Assembly: GCA_963823035.1 (NCBI GenBank)
Contig: CAWGKG010000014.1
Span: forward strand, 224,001-288,000
Source: an uncultured Gemmatimonadales bacterium
Lineage (GTDB): Bacteria; Gemmatimonadota; Gemmatimonadetes; Longimicrobiales; Gaopeijiaceae
Direction: 5' to 3'
DNA: 64,000 nucleotides
This document shows, piece by piece, positions 48,968-60,862 of this stretch; position 1 is the stretch's first letter; the number at the start of each line of letters is the position of its first letter. The notes under the pieces are model-generated. The model saw only the letters and a list, made by a program, of their open reading frames with translations, had not been told where the DNA came from and ran no database searches. A program made the translations under genes and the position numbers.

Positions 48968-50595
48968 GATGGCAGCGTCGTTCCAGGGGTGACGGGCGGG
49001 TCTTCGTCTTCTCGCGCCGCGGCGGCCGCGGCTTCCTTCTCCTCGATGTGCGCCCGCCGGGCCTGTGCCCACGCGCGGAAGCCCATCACCGCCCCGAACC
49101 AGAACGCCAGGAACGCGACGGTCCAACCGACGGCCTCCGGCAGGAGAGCCGCCAGCGCCGCGAGCACGAGCGTCGCCACGGCGAGCGTGCCGAGCACCGT
49201 CCGGTCCTCGCGACCGAGCGGCCTGTTGCCCGCGAGCGCGCCCCCGAGCACGGACCCGGCGCGCACCAGGGGCGCCATGCCGATGCGGCGACTGCCGCCG
49301 CCCTCCAACGCCCGCTCCAACCGCTCGGGGAGCGAGCCGTGGGGATCGAGCGGCTCCTTCGGCGACTCGCGCTCACCGGGGAGGTACGGCACCGCGATCC
49401 GGCCGCGGGCCGCGGGGAGCACGATCTCCCTCGACGAGGCGAGGTCGGCGAGGAAGAGCCCTTCGAGCTGCTCCGCCAGACCCCGGTCCAGAACACCGGC
49501 ATCGATCTCCCAGTTCCCGATGAGGCTGGCCGTGTTGAGGTTGCTCGAGCCCACCCGGCACCAGGTGCCGTCGACCACCGACGTCTTCGCGTGGATCATC
49601 GCGCCCTGCCACTCGAAGAGGCGCACGCCGTTCTCGAGCAGGAAGCGATAGCCGCCGCGTGAGATGCTCCCCACCAGCGGCCAGTTGTTGTGCGCCGGCA
49701 GGACGATGCGCACGTCGACGCCCTGCTGTGCGGCCGCGGCGAGCGCCTCCGTGAGCGGCCGCGGCGCCACGAAGTAGGCGTCGGTGATCCAGATGCGCGT
49801 GCGGGCCCGCACCGCGTTGAGGTGCAGCGTGCGGTACACCCTCGCCTTGCCGGGCTCGCCCTCGATGAGCCAGACGGGCGTGGGTCCGGCCGCGGGCGGA
49901 TCGGCCGTCGTCGCCGCGAGGAACGACGGCGATCCCATCTCCCCCCAGAGCCGCTCGAACGCGAGCGCGCCGGCGCGTGCGGCGGGCCCGCGGATCTCCA
50001 GGCCGGTGTCGCGCCACGGGGCGCTCGTGCGGGTGCCGGCCCACTCCTCTCCGATGCAGAAGCCTCCGACGAAGGCCACCTTTCCGTCGACGGCCACCAG
50101 CTTCCGATGGTCCCGCTGCGCCAGGCCGAGGGGATCTCCGAGGCCGAGCGCCGGGGGATTGAACGCGCGCACCTCCACGCCGGCGTCGCGCATGGGCTTC
50201 CAGAAGCGCCTGGGCGTGGCCCAGCAACCGACCCAGTCGAAGATGACGTGGACCGGCACGCCCTGACGCGCCTTGGTGATGAGCGCCTCGCGGAACGCAC
50301 GACCGACGCGGTCGTCGCGCACCACGTAGTTCTCGAAATAGACGAAGCGCTCCGCCGCGTCGATCGCCTCGATCCACGCCTCGAACGAGCTGGATCCCTC
50401 GAACTGCAGCCGGATCTGATTCCCAGCGATCGTGGGCGAACCGGTGACCCGTTCCACCTCCTGCCACGACAGGAAGCCGGCCTCGTTCGGATCCGGCGCC
50501 ACCGCGCGGTCGAAACCGGGCGGTGCGACGGGCTGGAACTCGGAGGCTGGCTCGGACACGGTCGACATGGGCCTGGGAAAGAGGGACGCCATCAA
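48964..50595 (-). CDS. Phospholipase D family protein (cardiolipin synthase-like)
   Basis: Two HKD motifs (DHRKLVAVD, IHAKTSVVD), WRDT and VGSSNL; C-terminal TM pair. Confidence 0.9.
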   Translation of the reverse strand: MMASLFPRPMSTVSEPASEFQPVAPPGFDRAVAPDPNEAGFLSWQEVERVTGSPTIAGNQIRLQFEGSSSFEAWIEAIDAAERFVYFENYVVRDDRVGRAFREALITKARQGVPVHVIFDWVGCWATPRRFWKPMRDAGVEVRAFNPPALGLGDPLGLAQRDHRKLVAVDGKVAFVGGFCIGEEWAGTRTSAPWRDTGLEIRGPAARAGALAFERLWGEMGSPSFLAATTADPPAAGPTPVWLIEGEPGKARVYRTLHLNAVRARTRIWITDAYFVAPRPLTEALAAAAQQGVDVRIVLPAHNNWPLVGSISRGGYRFLLENGVRLFEWQGAMIHAKTSVVDGTWCRVGSSNLNTASLIGNWEIDAGVLDRGLAEQLEGLFLADLASSREIVLPAARGRIAVPYLPGERESPKEPLDPHGSLPERLERALEGGGSRRIGMAPLVRAGSVLGGALAGNRPLGREDRTVLGTLAVATLVLAALAALLPEAVGWTVAFLAFWFGAVMGFRAWAQARRAHIEEKEAAAAAAREDEDPPVTPGTTLPS

Positions 50596-50656
50596 AGGTC
50601 GAGGGCGGCCGCCCCGCGATCAACCCGCCATGATCGTGGACGGCGTCGGCGGTGGG

Positions 50657-51589
50657 TTACTTCGCCAGCCGACCCTGGAAGCGGTAGGAGATCAGCTTGT
50701 AGACGAGCTTCGCCACCAGGAAATCCGGCGCATGCAGCCCCGGCACGGGCGCCAGCTCGACCACGTCGGCGGCGACCACGTTGCGCTCACGGTACACGCG
50801 CTTGAGGAACTTCAGGGTGCGATACCAGTCGCCGCCCCCCGGCTCGGGTGTTCCGGTGGAGGGGACGTACTTCGGGTCGAAGTAGTCGACGTCGAAGGTC
50901 AGGTAGACGTCAGGGCGGAGCGCCTCGAGGGCACGGTCCATCCAATGGTCGTCGGCCCACATCTCGTCGGCCCACACGATCGTGGACGCGTCCGAGGCGC
51001 GGTGCACGTCCATCTCCTCGTCGCTCACGGCGCGTATGCCGACGGCGACCACGTCGGCCCGGTCCAGGACCCGTGCCATCGCGCTCGCGTGCGACGCCGG
51101 CGTGCCCTCGTACTGCGGGCGCAGGTCCGCGTGCGCGTCGAGTTGCAGGACGCTCATCCGCTCGCGACGGCGGGAGGCGTGCGCCAGGATCGCGGGTGAC
51201 GATACGCTGTGCTCGCCGCCGAGCATCGTCAGGAAGCGCCCACCGCACGCGTCGAGCACCTTCCCATAGGCCTCGAGGAGCTCCTGCATGGCGACGGAGG
51301 CGCCCGCCCGCGTCAGCTCGAGCCCGGGAAGCGTGTGGATACCGAGCAGCGCGCCCGCCTCGCACCCGAGCTCCTGGTCGAAGAGCTCGATGTAGCGCGA
51401 GGCTTCCACGATGGCGCCCGGTCCGGCGCGCGTGCCTCCGCCGTAGGACGTGGTGGACTCGTACGGCACGGGAAGGATCACGGCCGCGGCGCGCTCGAAG
51501 TCGGCCGCCGCCTCGTCCAGCCCGAGGAAGGTGTGGGGAAGCTCCCACGGCAGGGCCTCGAGGCCGGGAGGAAGTCCGCGGGGTGTCAC
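50657..51589 (-). CDS. speB: Agmatinase
   Basis: PYESTTSYGGGT..GP, GGEHS, DAHAD, FDVDYFDP, TGTPEPGG and DVVELAP. Confidence 0.92.
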   Translation of the reverse strand: MTPRGLPPGLEALPWELPHTFLGLDEAAADFERAAAVILPVPYESTTSYGGGTRAGPGAIVEASRYIELFDQELGCEAGALLGIHTLPGLELTRAGASVAMQELLEAYGKVLDACGGRFLTMLGGEHSVSSPAILAHASRRRERMSVLQLDAHADLRPQYEGTPASHASAMARVLDRADVVAVGIRAVSDEEMDVHRASDASTIVWADEMWADDHWMDRALEALRPDVYLTFDVDYFDPKYVPSTGTPEPGGGDWYRTLKFLKRVYRERNVVAADVVELAPVPGLHAPDFLVAKLVYKLISYRFQGRLAK

Positions 51590-51681
51590 GGCGTCACGTG
51601 CTCCCGTCGGGCTCGGCGAAAGGGCTTCCGCCCCGCCTCGCCCCGACGCATGGGGGTTTCGTTGGTTGGGCACCGGAAGGG

Positions 51682-52182
51682 TCAAACCGTTTCGATGGGG
51701 CAGGTCAGCCCCTGGTAGGGGAGGACGGCGCCGGCCTCGCAACACGGACGACACAGTCCGTAGATCTCCAGTCGGTGGCGGGCGGGCAGGAAGCCATGCT
51801 CCACCTGCACCCGCGCCTCCACGCCCTGGATCTCCGCGCTCTGGAACTCGGTCACCTTCCCGCACTCGAGGCAGATCAGGTGCTCGTGTACGGGCTGGCG
51901 TGACAGGCGGTGCTCGTAGCGCTTGAAGCCTTCGCCGAAGTCGTGCTCCTCCACGAGCCGACTGCGCACGAGGAGGTCGAGGGTCCGGTAGATCGTGGCC
52001 TTGCCGATGCGGTCGCCGCGCTCGCGCAGCCGCCGCTCGATGTCGTCCACCGAAAGGTGCTCCGTGGAGGTGAACACGACCTCCGACACCGCTTCGCGCT
52101 GGTGCGTCACGGGAAGCCCCTGCTCCCGGAGATAGCGTCCGAAGAGCCGGATGAAGGGCCTCATCGGGGTCGCCTCGCTCAC
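51682..52182 (-). CDS. fur: Fur family transcriptional regulator
   Basis: T.QRE, HLS, ATIYRTL, HEHLICLECG and YGLC..C. Confidence 0.92.
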   Translation of the reverse strand: MSEATPMRPFIRLFGRYLREQGLPVTHQREAVSEVVFTSTEHLSVDDIERRLRERGDRIGKATIYRTLDLLVRSRLVEEHDFGEGFKRYEHRLSRQPVHEHLICLECGKVTEFQSAEIQGVEARVQVEHGFLPARHRLEIYGLCRPCCEAGAVLPYQGLTCPIETV

Positions 52183-52625
52183 GTCGGCTCCCTGACCAGG
52201 AGCGCGGGGTCGAACTCGTCGACCAGGGCGCCGAACCGCTCCGGGGATCCCTCGATCTCCACCTCGCGCGGATCGCCGTACGCCTCTCCCGCGCGCCGCA
52301 CCACCCCGGCCATGACGCGAGGCAGCAGCTCGGGAGGCGCCTCGCCCTCCTCGTGGAAGGCATGCTCCAGGGTGAGGCCCTTTCCCGTCCGCTCGGCAAG
52401 GTAGGCGAGCGTGAGGAGGCGGCGGCGCTCTTCGCCCTCGAGATAGAGGCTCACGGCCACGACCCCTCGCTCGCGCCTTCCCCGGCGGATCGGCGGGAAG
52501 ATCCAGAGGCGGTCGATCCCCTCCGCGCCCAGCCGCTCCCGGGCGTGCACGAGCGACCTCGGGAGCGCCTCGGGCACCCCGGGGTCCTCCGACCGCTCCT
52601 CATCACGCGACTCCGTCAAGCGCAT
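52179..52625 (-). CDS. Hypothetical protein
   Basis: 148 aa, translationally coupled to fur; IDRLWIFPP motif. Confidence 0.75.
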   Translation of the reverse strand: MRLTESRDEERSEDPGVPEALPRSLVHARERLGAEGIDRLWIFPPIRRGRRERGVVAVSLYLEGEERRRLLTLAYLAERTGKGLTLEHAFHEEGEAPPELLPRVMAGVVRRAGEAYGDPREVEIEGSPERFGALVDEFDPALLVREPT

Positions 52626-52629
52626 TCCC

Positions 52630-53646
52630 TCACTCTGCGTCCCGGGACATGGCGTCCCGCGTGGCCTGTACGACCTTCGCCACCGCCGCGGGCATCGGTC
52701 CGGGCACCACGGCCCCGGACGCCCGGACGTGCCCTCCGCCGCCGAAGCGCCGGGCCAACTCGTTCACGTCGACCGGCCCGTTGGAACGGAACGACACCTT
52801 CACCTCGCCGGTGGTCGTCAGGCGGAAGAGGAGCCCGACCTTCGCGCCCTCGACCCCCCGCGGAATGTCCACCATACCCTCGAGGTCGTCCTGGGTGGCA
52901 CCGAGCTCCAGATACGCGTCCTGGGGGATCACCATCCAGGCGATGCCCCATTCCTCGTCGAGCTCCAGCGAGTCCAGCGCCCGGCGCAGGAGACGGTACT
53001 TCCGCACCGGAGCCTTCCCATAGACCTGCGCGTACATCTGCTCCGGGTCCACGCCCCGCGCGATGAGGTCCGCGACGACGCGGTGGCTCCCGGGCGTGGC
53101 GTTCGTGAAGCGGAACGATCCGGTGTCGGTCAGGATCGCCACGTACATCCCCTCGAGGGCCAACCGCGGCCAGGGCCCGCCGGCGGAGAGGAGCACGTCG
53201 TAGACCAGCTCGCCCGCCGCGCACGCGTCGGAGTCGCGGAGGGAGAACCCCCCGATGGGCTGGTCGCCCGGCGGGTGGTGGTCGATGACGACCGTCATGA
53301 GGTCGCGAATCAGCGACCGTACCCGGCCGATGCGCTGCACCTCCCCCGTATCGACGACCACCGCGAGATCCGCCCGCTCGCAGACCTCCTTCGCGCGCGC
53401 GCTCGAAGCGTCGGCGACCCAGGAGTCCTCGACCAGGAAGCGGAACGGGTCCGGGAAGGGGGTGGGATTGACGATGTGCGCCTCGGTGCCGTTGGCCCGA
53501 AGCCAGGCGGTGAGCGCCGCCTCGCTGCCGGCGCCGTCCCCGTCGGCATTCAGATGCGTGGTGAGCACGGCGCGCCGCGAGGCCAGCAGGGCGTTGCGCA
53601 CTTCCCGTACCGAGGACACCCGCGCGTCCGGCGTGCGGTAACTCAA
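52630..53646 (-). CDS. nrnA: DHH/DHHA1 phosphoesterase (oligoribonuclease / pAp phosphatase)
   Basis: TH..ADGDG.GS, VVD, IDHH, TDTGSF, KVSFRS and GGGHVRASG; TTG start inferred. Confidence 0.9.
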   Translation of the reverse strand: MSYRTPDARVSSVREVRNALLASRRAVLTTHLNADGDGAGSEAALTAWLRANGTEAHIVNPTPFPDPFRFLVEDSWVADASSARAKEVCERADLAVVVDTGEVQRIGRVRSLIRDLMTVVIDHHPPGDQPIGGFSLRDSDACAAGELVYDVLLSAGGPWPRLALEGMYVAILTDTGSFRFTNATPGSHRVVADLIARGVDPEQMYAQVYGKAPVRKYRLLRRALDSLELDEEWGIAWMVIPQDAYLELGATQDDLEGMVDIPRGVEGAKVGLLFRLTTTGEVKVSFRSNGPVDVNELARRFGGGGHVRASGAVVPGPMPAAVAKVVQATRDAMSRDAE

Positions 53647-53744
53647 GACCGGCTCCTGACCCTGAAACGATTTGCGCGTGGAGGGCGACGACGGGAGGAG
53701 CGCCGCGAGACGATGGAAAGGTAGGGAATGCCCCGCCGCCGCCG

Positions 53745-55023
53745 CTACCGGCCCGGGGGGCGCGGCGCGCCGGGCAGCCTCTTGCGCACCTTCGCCCAGG
53801 TGGAGGCGAGGTGCACCAGGTTGCGAGGCCGTGCGGCCGCGGACGGTCGCGTCGGCGAGGGCGCGCAGGAGGGCGTCCGGGCCGTTGGCATGCGCGGCGA
53901 CCTCCACCGAGACGCCGGCCACCTCCGTGAGCGTGTGCGCGTCCGATCCGCCTCCGCGCAGCTTCTCGTGCCGACGCGCCAGCTCCTCCGCCCGGGCGTT
54001 GAGCCGCCCGGGATGCAGCCGCCCGTTGAACACCTCGATCACGTCCACCAGCGGCGCGAGCTCCTCCGCGAAGCGCCCGCCCCCACCCTTCCCGGCGGCG
54101 AAGGGGTGCGGCAGGTAGGGAATGCCCCCCTGCGCGCGGATTCGCTCGATCGTCTCGCGCGCCGGCGTCCCCTTCGGAATCACCTCGGACAGATACAGGC
54201 CGATCACGTCGATGCCCTCGGCCGTCTTGACCTCCTCGCCGGGGATGACGCGGTCGGGCAGCGCCTCGGCCATGCGTAGCGCGACGTCGAGGCGGTTGTG
54301 GTCGGTGATGGCGATGCGCTCCACGCCGCGCGCCGCCGCCCGTTCCACCACGGCGTGCGGGTCGGAGAGGCAGTCCCACGATCCCACGGTGTGCAGGTGC
54401 AGGTCCAGGCGCAGGCGCGCCTCGCCCGCACGGACGCGCAGCGAGCGCAGCACCTCGGCGGCGCGGGCCCGCAGCGCCGCGAGCGTGCCGTCGTTGTCGA
54501 TCACGACGTCGGCGCGTCGACGCTTCGCGTCGGGATCCATCTGGGCGGCCATGATGCGCCGCGCCTCCTCCTCGGACAGCCCCCGCTGCGACGTGAGCCG
54601 CGCCAGACGCACCTCCGCCGGTGCGTGCACGAGCACCACGAGATCGAAGTGCTCCTCGAGGCCGGTCTCGTAGAGAAGCGGGATCTCCGCCACCACCAGC
54701 CGATCGCCAGCCTCGGCGCGTTCGCGCAGCCAGGCGTCGCGCAACGCGCGGATGCGGGGGTGGAGGATTGCCTCGAGGCGCCGGCGCGCCTCCTCGTCGC
54801 CGAAGATCCGGGCGCGCAATGCCGCCCGATCCAGCGTGCCGTCGGCCGCCAGGACGCCGTCGCCGAAAGCCTCGCGGACCTCCCCGAGCCCCGGCTTGCC
54901 GGGGGCCACGGCCTCGCGCGCCAACACGTCCGCGCTCACGACCGACACGCCCGCCCGGGTCCAGGCCTCGGCCACGGCCGACTTCCCCGACGCGACGTTG
55001 CCGGTGAGCGCGACGCTCAGCAC
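53745..55023 (-). CDS. coaE: Dephospho-CoA kinase fused to a PHP domain (frameshift near 53820)
   Basis: LTGNVASGKS, LDR..L, LEAILHP, EIPLLYE and AD.VIDN; then in frame DLHLHT..S.D, ITDHN, GEE, PHPF, EVFN and GSDAH. Confidence 0.88.
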
Positions 55024-55667
55024 GAACGATCCTCCGGGCCCCGCGCCGCGCCGGTCCGCCGCCTCCCGCTGCGCAGCCGGCGGCGCAGCGTCCACGCCAC
55101 CACCACGCCGACGGCGCAGAACGCCACCGCGCCGCCGATCCCGAGCGCACGCGTCGCGACCTCCCAGCTTCCGCGCGCCACCGCGCCGATGCCGACATAG
55201 AGGCCGACGCAGGCCACGAGTCCCACCAGCTCGTACGCCAGGAAGCGGGTGTAGGCGATCCGGCTCATCCCGGCCGCCATGGGCATGACCGTGCGCACGA
55301 AGGCGATCACGCGGGCCAAGCTGACCGAGTAGGCCGGATGGCGCCCGAACCACCGATCGAGCTCGGCGCCACGGTGCTGCACGCGCCGGGCCCACCGCCC
55401 ACCCCCCGCGAGGATACGCTGCCCGGAGGCGCGCCCCACCCAGTAGCCCATCGAGTCGCCGAGCGCCCCGCCCGCCAGGACCGCCCCGACCATGGGGACC
55501 AGCCTCAGCTCACCGTCGAGTGCCAGCACGGTGCCGAGCGCGGTGGCGAGCCCGGCCGGCACGACCAGGCCGGTCACGAAGCAGGTCTCCAGGAGCGCGA
55601 GGGCGAAGAGGAGCCAGGGGCCGTAGACGGGAATCAGCTCGAGGAGCCGGTCGGTGAAGTAGGTCAC
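55017..55667 (-). CDS. DedA family membrane protein
   Basis: LETCFVTGLVVP, GDSMGYWVGR, AR.IAFVRT..P..AG motifs. Confidence 0.9.
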   Translation of the reverse strand: MTYFTDRLLELIPVYGPWLLFALALLETCFVTGLVVPAGLATALGTVLALDGELRLVPMVGAVLAGGALGDSMGYWVGRASGQRILAGGGRWARRVQHRGAELDRWFGRHPAYSVSLARVIAFVRTVMPMAAGMSRIAYTRFLAYELVGLVACVGLYVGIGAVARGSWEVATRALGIGGAVAFCAVGVVVAWTLRRRLRSGRRRTGAARGPEDRSC

Positions 55668-55707
55668 GAGGGGTCGGCACGCGAAAGGCCCGTCGGCGTC
55701 GCGGGCG

Positions 55708-56092
55708 TCAACGCTTGGGGCGCTTGCGAGGCTCGGACACCTCGAAGTCGTCGTCCGTGCTCCGGGTCCGATCCGGACCGTACGAGACGATGGCCACCGA
55801 GTCGACCAGGACCCTCAGGTCGTACGTCGACCCCCACGGGTCCTGCTTCAGATCGTCGGTGGAGTAGCGCGTGTCGAGCCAGTCCTTGAAGTTCCTCTGA
55901 TCCGGGATCTTGCCCGAGAGGACCTCGTAGTTGACCACGTCGCGGCCGACCTGCTTCATCTCCTCCTTGGTGTCCCACTTCATCACGGGCAGCCATACGG
56001 GGGCTGTGACCCCCTTGAGCCAGCTCCGGGAATCGGGGAAGTAGAGCGTCACCAGCGAGCCACAGGAGGGCGAGGAGGACGACCTTACGCAC
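55708..56092 (-). CDS. Small pseudopilin-like protein (GspG C-terminal-like domain), frameshift near 56065
   Basis: N-terminal hydrophobic segment, then DPWGSTY...IVSYGPD...TDDD. Confidence 0.65.
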
Positions 56093-56406
56093 GCGCTCCT
56101 CCTCATCTGCCGGCGCATCTCGCTCCCCCAGACCAGGTAGCGCTCGAGCTCGTCCGCCGAAGGCGTGGCATCACCGTCACCGTACGCGGTCTCCAGCCGC
56201 CACCGCATGTACGAAGCCGGGGGCAACGGGAGGAACGGCGGGCGGCGATACCAATGACGGGCCCTGAAGGCCCACGCCGCCCGCAGGAGGTGCGGGATCG
56301 TGCGGGGCCGTCTGACGGCGAGCCCCGCCATGCTCAAGTACAGCGACAACGTCTCTCCGGCTCGTCGTTCGCGGTCGCGGCTGAGCCCCTGGGGGGGCCT
56401 CGGCAT
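56089..56406 (-). CDS. Small hypothetical protein
   Basis: WYRRPPFLPLPP..YMRWRLETAYG segment; boundaries approximate because of an apparent indel. Confidence 0.55.
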
Positions 56407-56543
56407 CTTCGAATCTAGACCCCGCCCGCGCGGGGAACAACGACGGAGGCACGGGCGGAAAAACGCATGTTTCCCCGAAAATCGCGCGTCGTCCGGCGGC
56501 TTTGGCAGCGGAACCACCGCACCCGCGCAGGGTGTGATCCACC

Positions 56544-58636
56544 ATGCCGAACCGACTCGCCCAGGAGAGCAGCCCCTACCTGCTCCAGCACGCCGACAAC
56601 CCCGTGGACTGGTATCCGTGGGGAGAAGAGGCGCTGTCCCGGGCACGTGAGCTGGACCGGCCGATCCTCCTGTCCATCGGCTACTCCTCCTGCCACTGGT
56701 GTCACGTGATGGAGCGGGAGTCGTTCGAGGACGTGTCGGTGGCCGAGGCCATGAACGAGGCGTTCGTGAGCGTGAAGGTCGACCGGGAGGAGCGCCCCGA
56801 CGTCGACCAGGTGTACATGCGCGCGGTGCAGGCGATGACCGGCCAGGGAGGCTGGCCGCTCACCGTCTTCCTCACGCCCGGCGGGCGAGCCCTACTACGG
56901 TGGGACGTACTTCCCCCCGACCGCGCGCCAGGGGATGCCGTCCTTCCGCCAGGTCCTCGACGCCGCCGCACGCGCCTGGCGCGATCGCCGCGAAGACGTC
57001 CGCAAGGGCGCTTCCGACCTCCTCGCGGCCCTGCGCAAGGCGCACGAAGCGACGCCCGAGGGCGGCGGCGCGGCGCTCCCCGGTGAGGCGCTCCTCGACC
57101 GTGCCGTGCGCGCCATGGCCGGCCAGTACGACGCGACCCACGGCGGCTTCGGCGGCGCACCCAAGTTCCCCCAGCCGGTGACGCTGGAGGTGCTCCTGCG
57201 CCAGCACGCGCGCACGGGCGCCGCGGCGCCCCTCGACATGGCGCTCCACACGCTGCGCCGCATGGCGGCGGGCGGGATCCGCGACCACCTGGGCGGCGGC
57301 TTCCATCGCTACTCCGTGGACGCCCGCTGGCTGGTGCCGCACTTCGAGAAGATGCTCTACGACAACGCCCTCCTGGCGCGCGCCTACCTGGACGCCTACC
57401 GCGTCACGGGCGCCGCGGACCTCCGGGAAGTCGCGGAGCAGACGTTGGACTACCTCCTCGGCCGACATGCGGGACCCGCGGGGCGGATTCTACTCGGCAC
57501 GCGACGCGGACTCCGAGGGAGAGGAAGGCCGCTACTACGTGTGGACGCCCGGGCAGGTGCTCGCCTCCCTCGGCGACGACGAAGCCGGCCCGTTCATGCG
57601 CTGCTACGACGTGACGCCCGGCGGGAACTTCGAGGGCAGGAACATCCTCTGGCTTCGGCACGACCTCGACGCCGTGGCCCGATCCGAGTCGATGGAGCCC
57701 GAGGCACTGCGTCGCCTTCTGGCCGGGGCCCGCGCCACGCTGCTCGAGGTGAGGTCGCAGCGGGAGCCTCCCCTGCGCGACGAGAAGGTGCTCACGGGCT
57801 GGAACGGGATGGCCCTGCGCGCCTTCGCCGAGGCGGGGGGGACCCTCGGGCGCCGCGACTGGACCGACGCGGCCGTCACGGGCGCCGACTTCATCCTGAC
57901 CGAGATGCGCCGCGACGGCGCCCTCCTCCACGCCTGGAAGGACGGGAAGGCGAAGATCGCCGCCTTCCTGGAGGATCACGCGGCGCTCGGCAACGCGCTG
58001 CTCTCGCTGCACGAAGCGACGCTCGAGCGGCGCTGGCTGACCGAGGCCCGCTGGTGCTGCGAGGAGACCCTCGCACGCTTCTGGGACGAGCACGCCGGGC
58101 TCTTCCACGACAGCGCCGAAGAGGAGAGCAGCGCGCTCTTCATGCGCGCCCGCGACCCGATGGACAACGCCACGCCCTCCGGCAACTCGCTGGCCGCCGA
58201 GCTGCTCCTGCGCGCCGGCCACCTGTTCGGGGAGGAGCGCTACCGGGAGGTGGCGGAACGTGTGATCGACCGCGAGGCGGCGCCCATGGGTCGCTTCCCC
58301 ACGGCCTTCGGACGCCTGCTGTGCGCGGTGGACCGGGCTTCCGCCGAGCCCTTGGAGGTGGCCATCGTGGGCCCGCGCGACGCGGACGGTGCGGGCGCCC
58401 TCGGCCGGACGGCGCTCGCGACCTTCCACCGGAACCGTACGGTGGTGGGGCACGAGCCGGGGGAGCCCGACGACGGCATCCCCCTCCTGGTGGGACGGGC
58501 CGCCGTGGACGGGAAGCCGACCGCGTACCTCTGCCACGGCTACACCTGCGAGGCGCCCGTCACGGCCCCGGAGGCGCTCGCGTCGGGGATGGCCGAGGCC
58601 GCCCGCGACATCGCGGCGCGGCGCGAGCCCGGATGA
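56544..58636 (+). CDS. yyaL: Thioredoxin-domain protein YyaL/SSP411 (two frameshifts)
   Basis: [60 protein letters not shown] and D.ATPSGNS. Confidence 0.93.
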
Positions 58637-58707
58637 CGACGTTGTAGACCCACGCCCCGGCACGGCTATCTTTCGAGTTTGTGTGCTTCACCCCTGCCCC
58701 TGGCTCG

Positions 58708-60843
58708 ATGGCGACGACAGAACAGGACATCACGGGAACGGAGGACCTCGCCGGTCTCACGGCCGAACAGCTTCTCCGTATGTACCGCACGATGGTCACC
58801 TCCCGTCGGATCGACGACAGGGAGCAGAGCCTCAAGCGCCAGAACAAGATCTTCTTCCAGATCTCCAGCGCCGGGCACGAGGCCATCGGGGTCGCCATGG
58901 CCGAGCACTGCGTGGCCGCGCACGACTGGTTCTACTTCTACTACCGGGACCGCGCGTTCGCGCTCTCGTTGGGCCAGACGCCCGTCGACCACTTCCTCCA
59001 GGCCGTTGCGGCCGCGGACGACCCGTCCTCCGGCGGACGCCAGATGCCGGCCCACTTCGGCGACGTGCGCTACAACATCGTCAGCGTGTCTTCGCCGACG
59101 GGAACGCAGTTCCTGCAGGCCGTGGGCGCGGCGGAGGCCGGGCTGCGCGTCACGCAGAACCCCGACCTGCGCGCGCTCGTCGGGCGCTTCGAGGAGGACG
59201 AGATCGTCGTCGTCACGACGGGAGACGGCACCACCTCCGAGGGCGAGTTCTGGGAGAGCCTGAACACCGCCTGCAACCTGAAGCTCCCCGTGGTCTACGT
59301 GGTGGAGGACAACGGGTACGCGATCTCCGTCCCCGTCGAGGTGCAGACCGCCGGTGGGAGCATCTCGCGCCTGGTGCGCGGCTTCCCCGACCTGCACGTG
59401 GTGGAGTGCGACGGCACCGACCTGGTGGACACGTATCGCGCGGCCGGCGAGGCCACCCGGCACGCCCGTGAGCGCAGGGGACCCGCCCTCGTGCACGCGC
59501 ACTGCGTGCGCCCGTACTCGCACTCGATGTCCGACGACGAGCGCATGTACCGCCCCGAGGCGGAGCGGCAGGAGCAGGACGCGCGCGACCCCCTCCGGCG
59601 GGCGCGCGCCCTCCTCGTGTCGAGGGAGATCGCCTCGGACGAGGAGCTGGACGCCCTGGAGGCCGAGGTGGTCGAGGAGGTGTCCCGTGCCGCCGACGAG
59701 GCGCTCGAGCACCCGCAGCCGGAGATCGGCACGGAGATGCGGCACCTCTACTCCGAGGATGCCGACCCGACCTCGACCGACTTCGACACGGAGGACCGCC
59801 CCGCCTACGCGGAGGACCGGCTCCTGACGATGGTCGACCTCCTCAACGCCTGTCTGCGCGGCGAGATGGAGCGCGACCCGCGCGTGCTCGTGTTCGGCGA
59901 GGACGTGGCCGACGCCTCCCGTGAGGCCGTGCTCGGCGAGGTGAAGGGCAAGGGCGGCGTGTTCAAGGTCACGCACGGTCTCCAGGGCCGCTTCGGCTCC
60001 CACCGCGTCTACAACTCGCCGCTCGCCGAGGCCAACATCATCGGGCGCGCGGTGGGCCTCGCGACGCGTGGGCTCAAGCCCGTGGTCGAGATCCAGTTCT
60101 TCGACTACATCTGGACCGCCATGATGCAGCTCCGCAACGAGCTGGCCACCATGCGCTACCGGTCGAACGGCACCTTCGCGTCGCCCGTGGTGGTGCGCGT
60201 CACGTACGGCGGCTACCTGAAGGGCGGCGCCATCTACCACTCCCAGACGGGCGCGTCGATCTTCGCGCACACCCCCGGCCTGCGGGTGGTGCTTCCCGCG
60301 ACCGCCGAGGACGCCAACGGACTGCTGCGCACCGCCATCCGCTGCGAAGACCCCGTGCTCTTCCTCGAGCACAAGCACCTCTACCGACAGGTCTACAACA
60401 AGGGCCGCGATCCCGGGCCCGACTTCATGATCCCGTTCGGGAAGGCCAAGGTGGTCCGCGAAGGGTCGGACCTGACCGTGGTCACCTGCGGCGCGCTGGT
60501 GAAGCGCAGCCTCGACGCCGCGAAGATCGCGGCGGAGCGGCACGGCATCGACGTGGAGGTCATCGACCTGCGCACGCTGCAGCCGTTCGACATGGAGCGC
60601 ATCGCCGAGTCGGTGAAGAAGACCAGCAAGGTCGTGGTCGTCCACGAGGACGCCCTGTCCTGGGGCATCGGCTCCGAGATCGCGGCGCGCATCGCCGACG
60701 AGCTCTTCCCCTGGCTGGACGGGCCCGTGCGTCGCGTCGCCTCGAAGGACACCTGGGTGGCGTACTCGCCGCAGCTGGAGGAGGTCATCCTCCCGCAGAC
60801 GCCCGACGTGCTGAAGGCCATCGTGGAGCTCGCCGCGTTCTGA
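58708..60843 (+). CDS. 2-oxoacid (branched-chain type) dehydrogenase E1, fused alpha/beta
   Basis: TPP motif GDGTTSEGE...N, HSMSDD, FGEDV, GGVF, EIQFFDY, YHSQ and VIDLRTL. Confidence 0.93.
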   Translation: MATTEQDITGTEDLAGLTAEQLLRMYRTMVTSRRIDDREQSLKRQNKIFFQISSAGHEAIGVAMAEHCVAAHDWFYFYYRDRAFALSLGQTPVDHFLQAVAAADDPSSGGRQMPAHFGDVRYNIVSVSSPTGTQFLQAVGAAEAGLRVTQNPDLRALVGRFEEDEIVVVTTGDGTTSEGEFWESLNTACNLKLPVVYVVEDNGYAISVPVEVQTAGGSISRLVRGFPDLHVVECDGTDLVDTYRAAGEATRHARERRGPALVHAHCVRPYSHSMSDDERMYRPEAERQEQDARDPLRRARALLVSREIASDEELDALEAEVVEEVSRAADEALEHPQPEIGTEMRHLYSEDADPTSTDFDTEDRPAYAEDRLLTMVDLLNACLRGEMERDPRVLVFGEDVADASREAVLGEVKGKGGVFKVTHGLQGRFGSHRVYNSPLAEANIIGRAVGLATRGLKPVVEIQFFDYIWTAMMQLRNELATMRYRSNGTFASPVVVRVTYGGYLKGGAIYHSQTGASIFAHTPGLRVVLPATAEDANGLLRTAIRCEDPVLFLEHKHLYRQVYNKGRDPGPDFMIPFGKAKVVREGSDLTVVTCGALVKRSLDAAKIAAERHGIDVEVIDLRTLQPFDMERIAESVKKTSKVVVVHEDALSWGIGSEIAARIADELFPWLDGPVRRVASKDTWVAYSPQLEEVILPQTPDVLKAIVELAAF

Positions 60844-60862
60844 CGCTCTCGGGAGGTGGAGG

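Noticed and set aside
52630..55395. 921-aa triple fusion CoaE-PHP-NrnA
   Set aside because: The PHP-NrnA linker is non-protein-like. Another frame gives NLVHLASTWAKVRKRLP followed by a stop at 53745, so the read-through comes from an indel.
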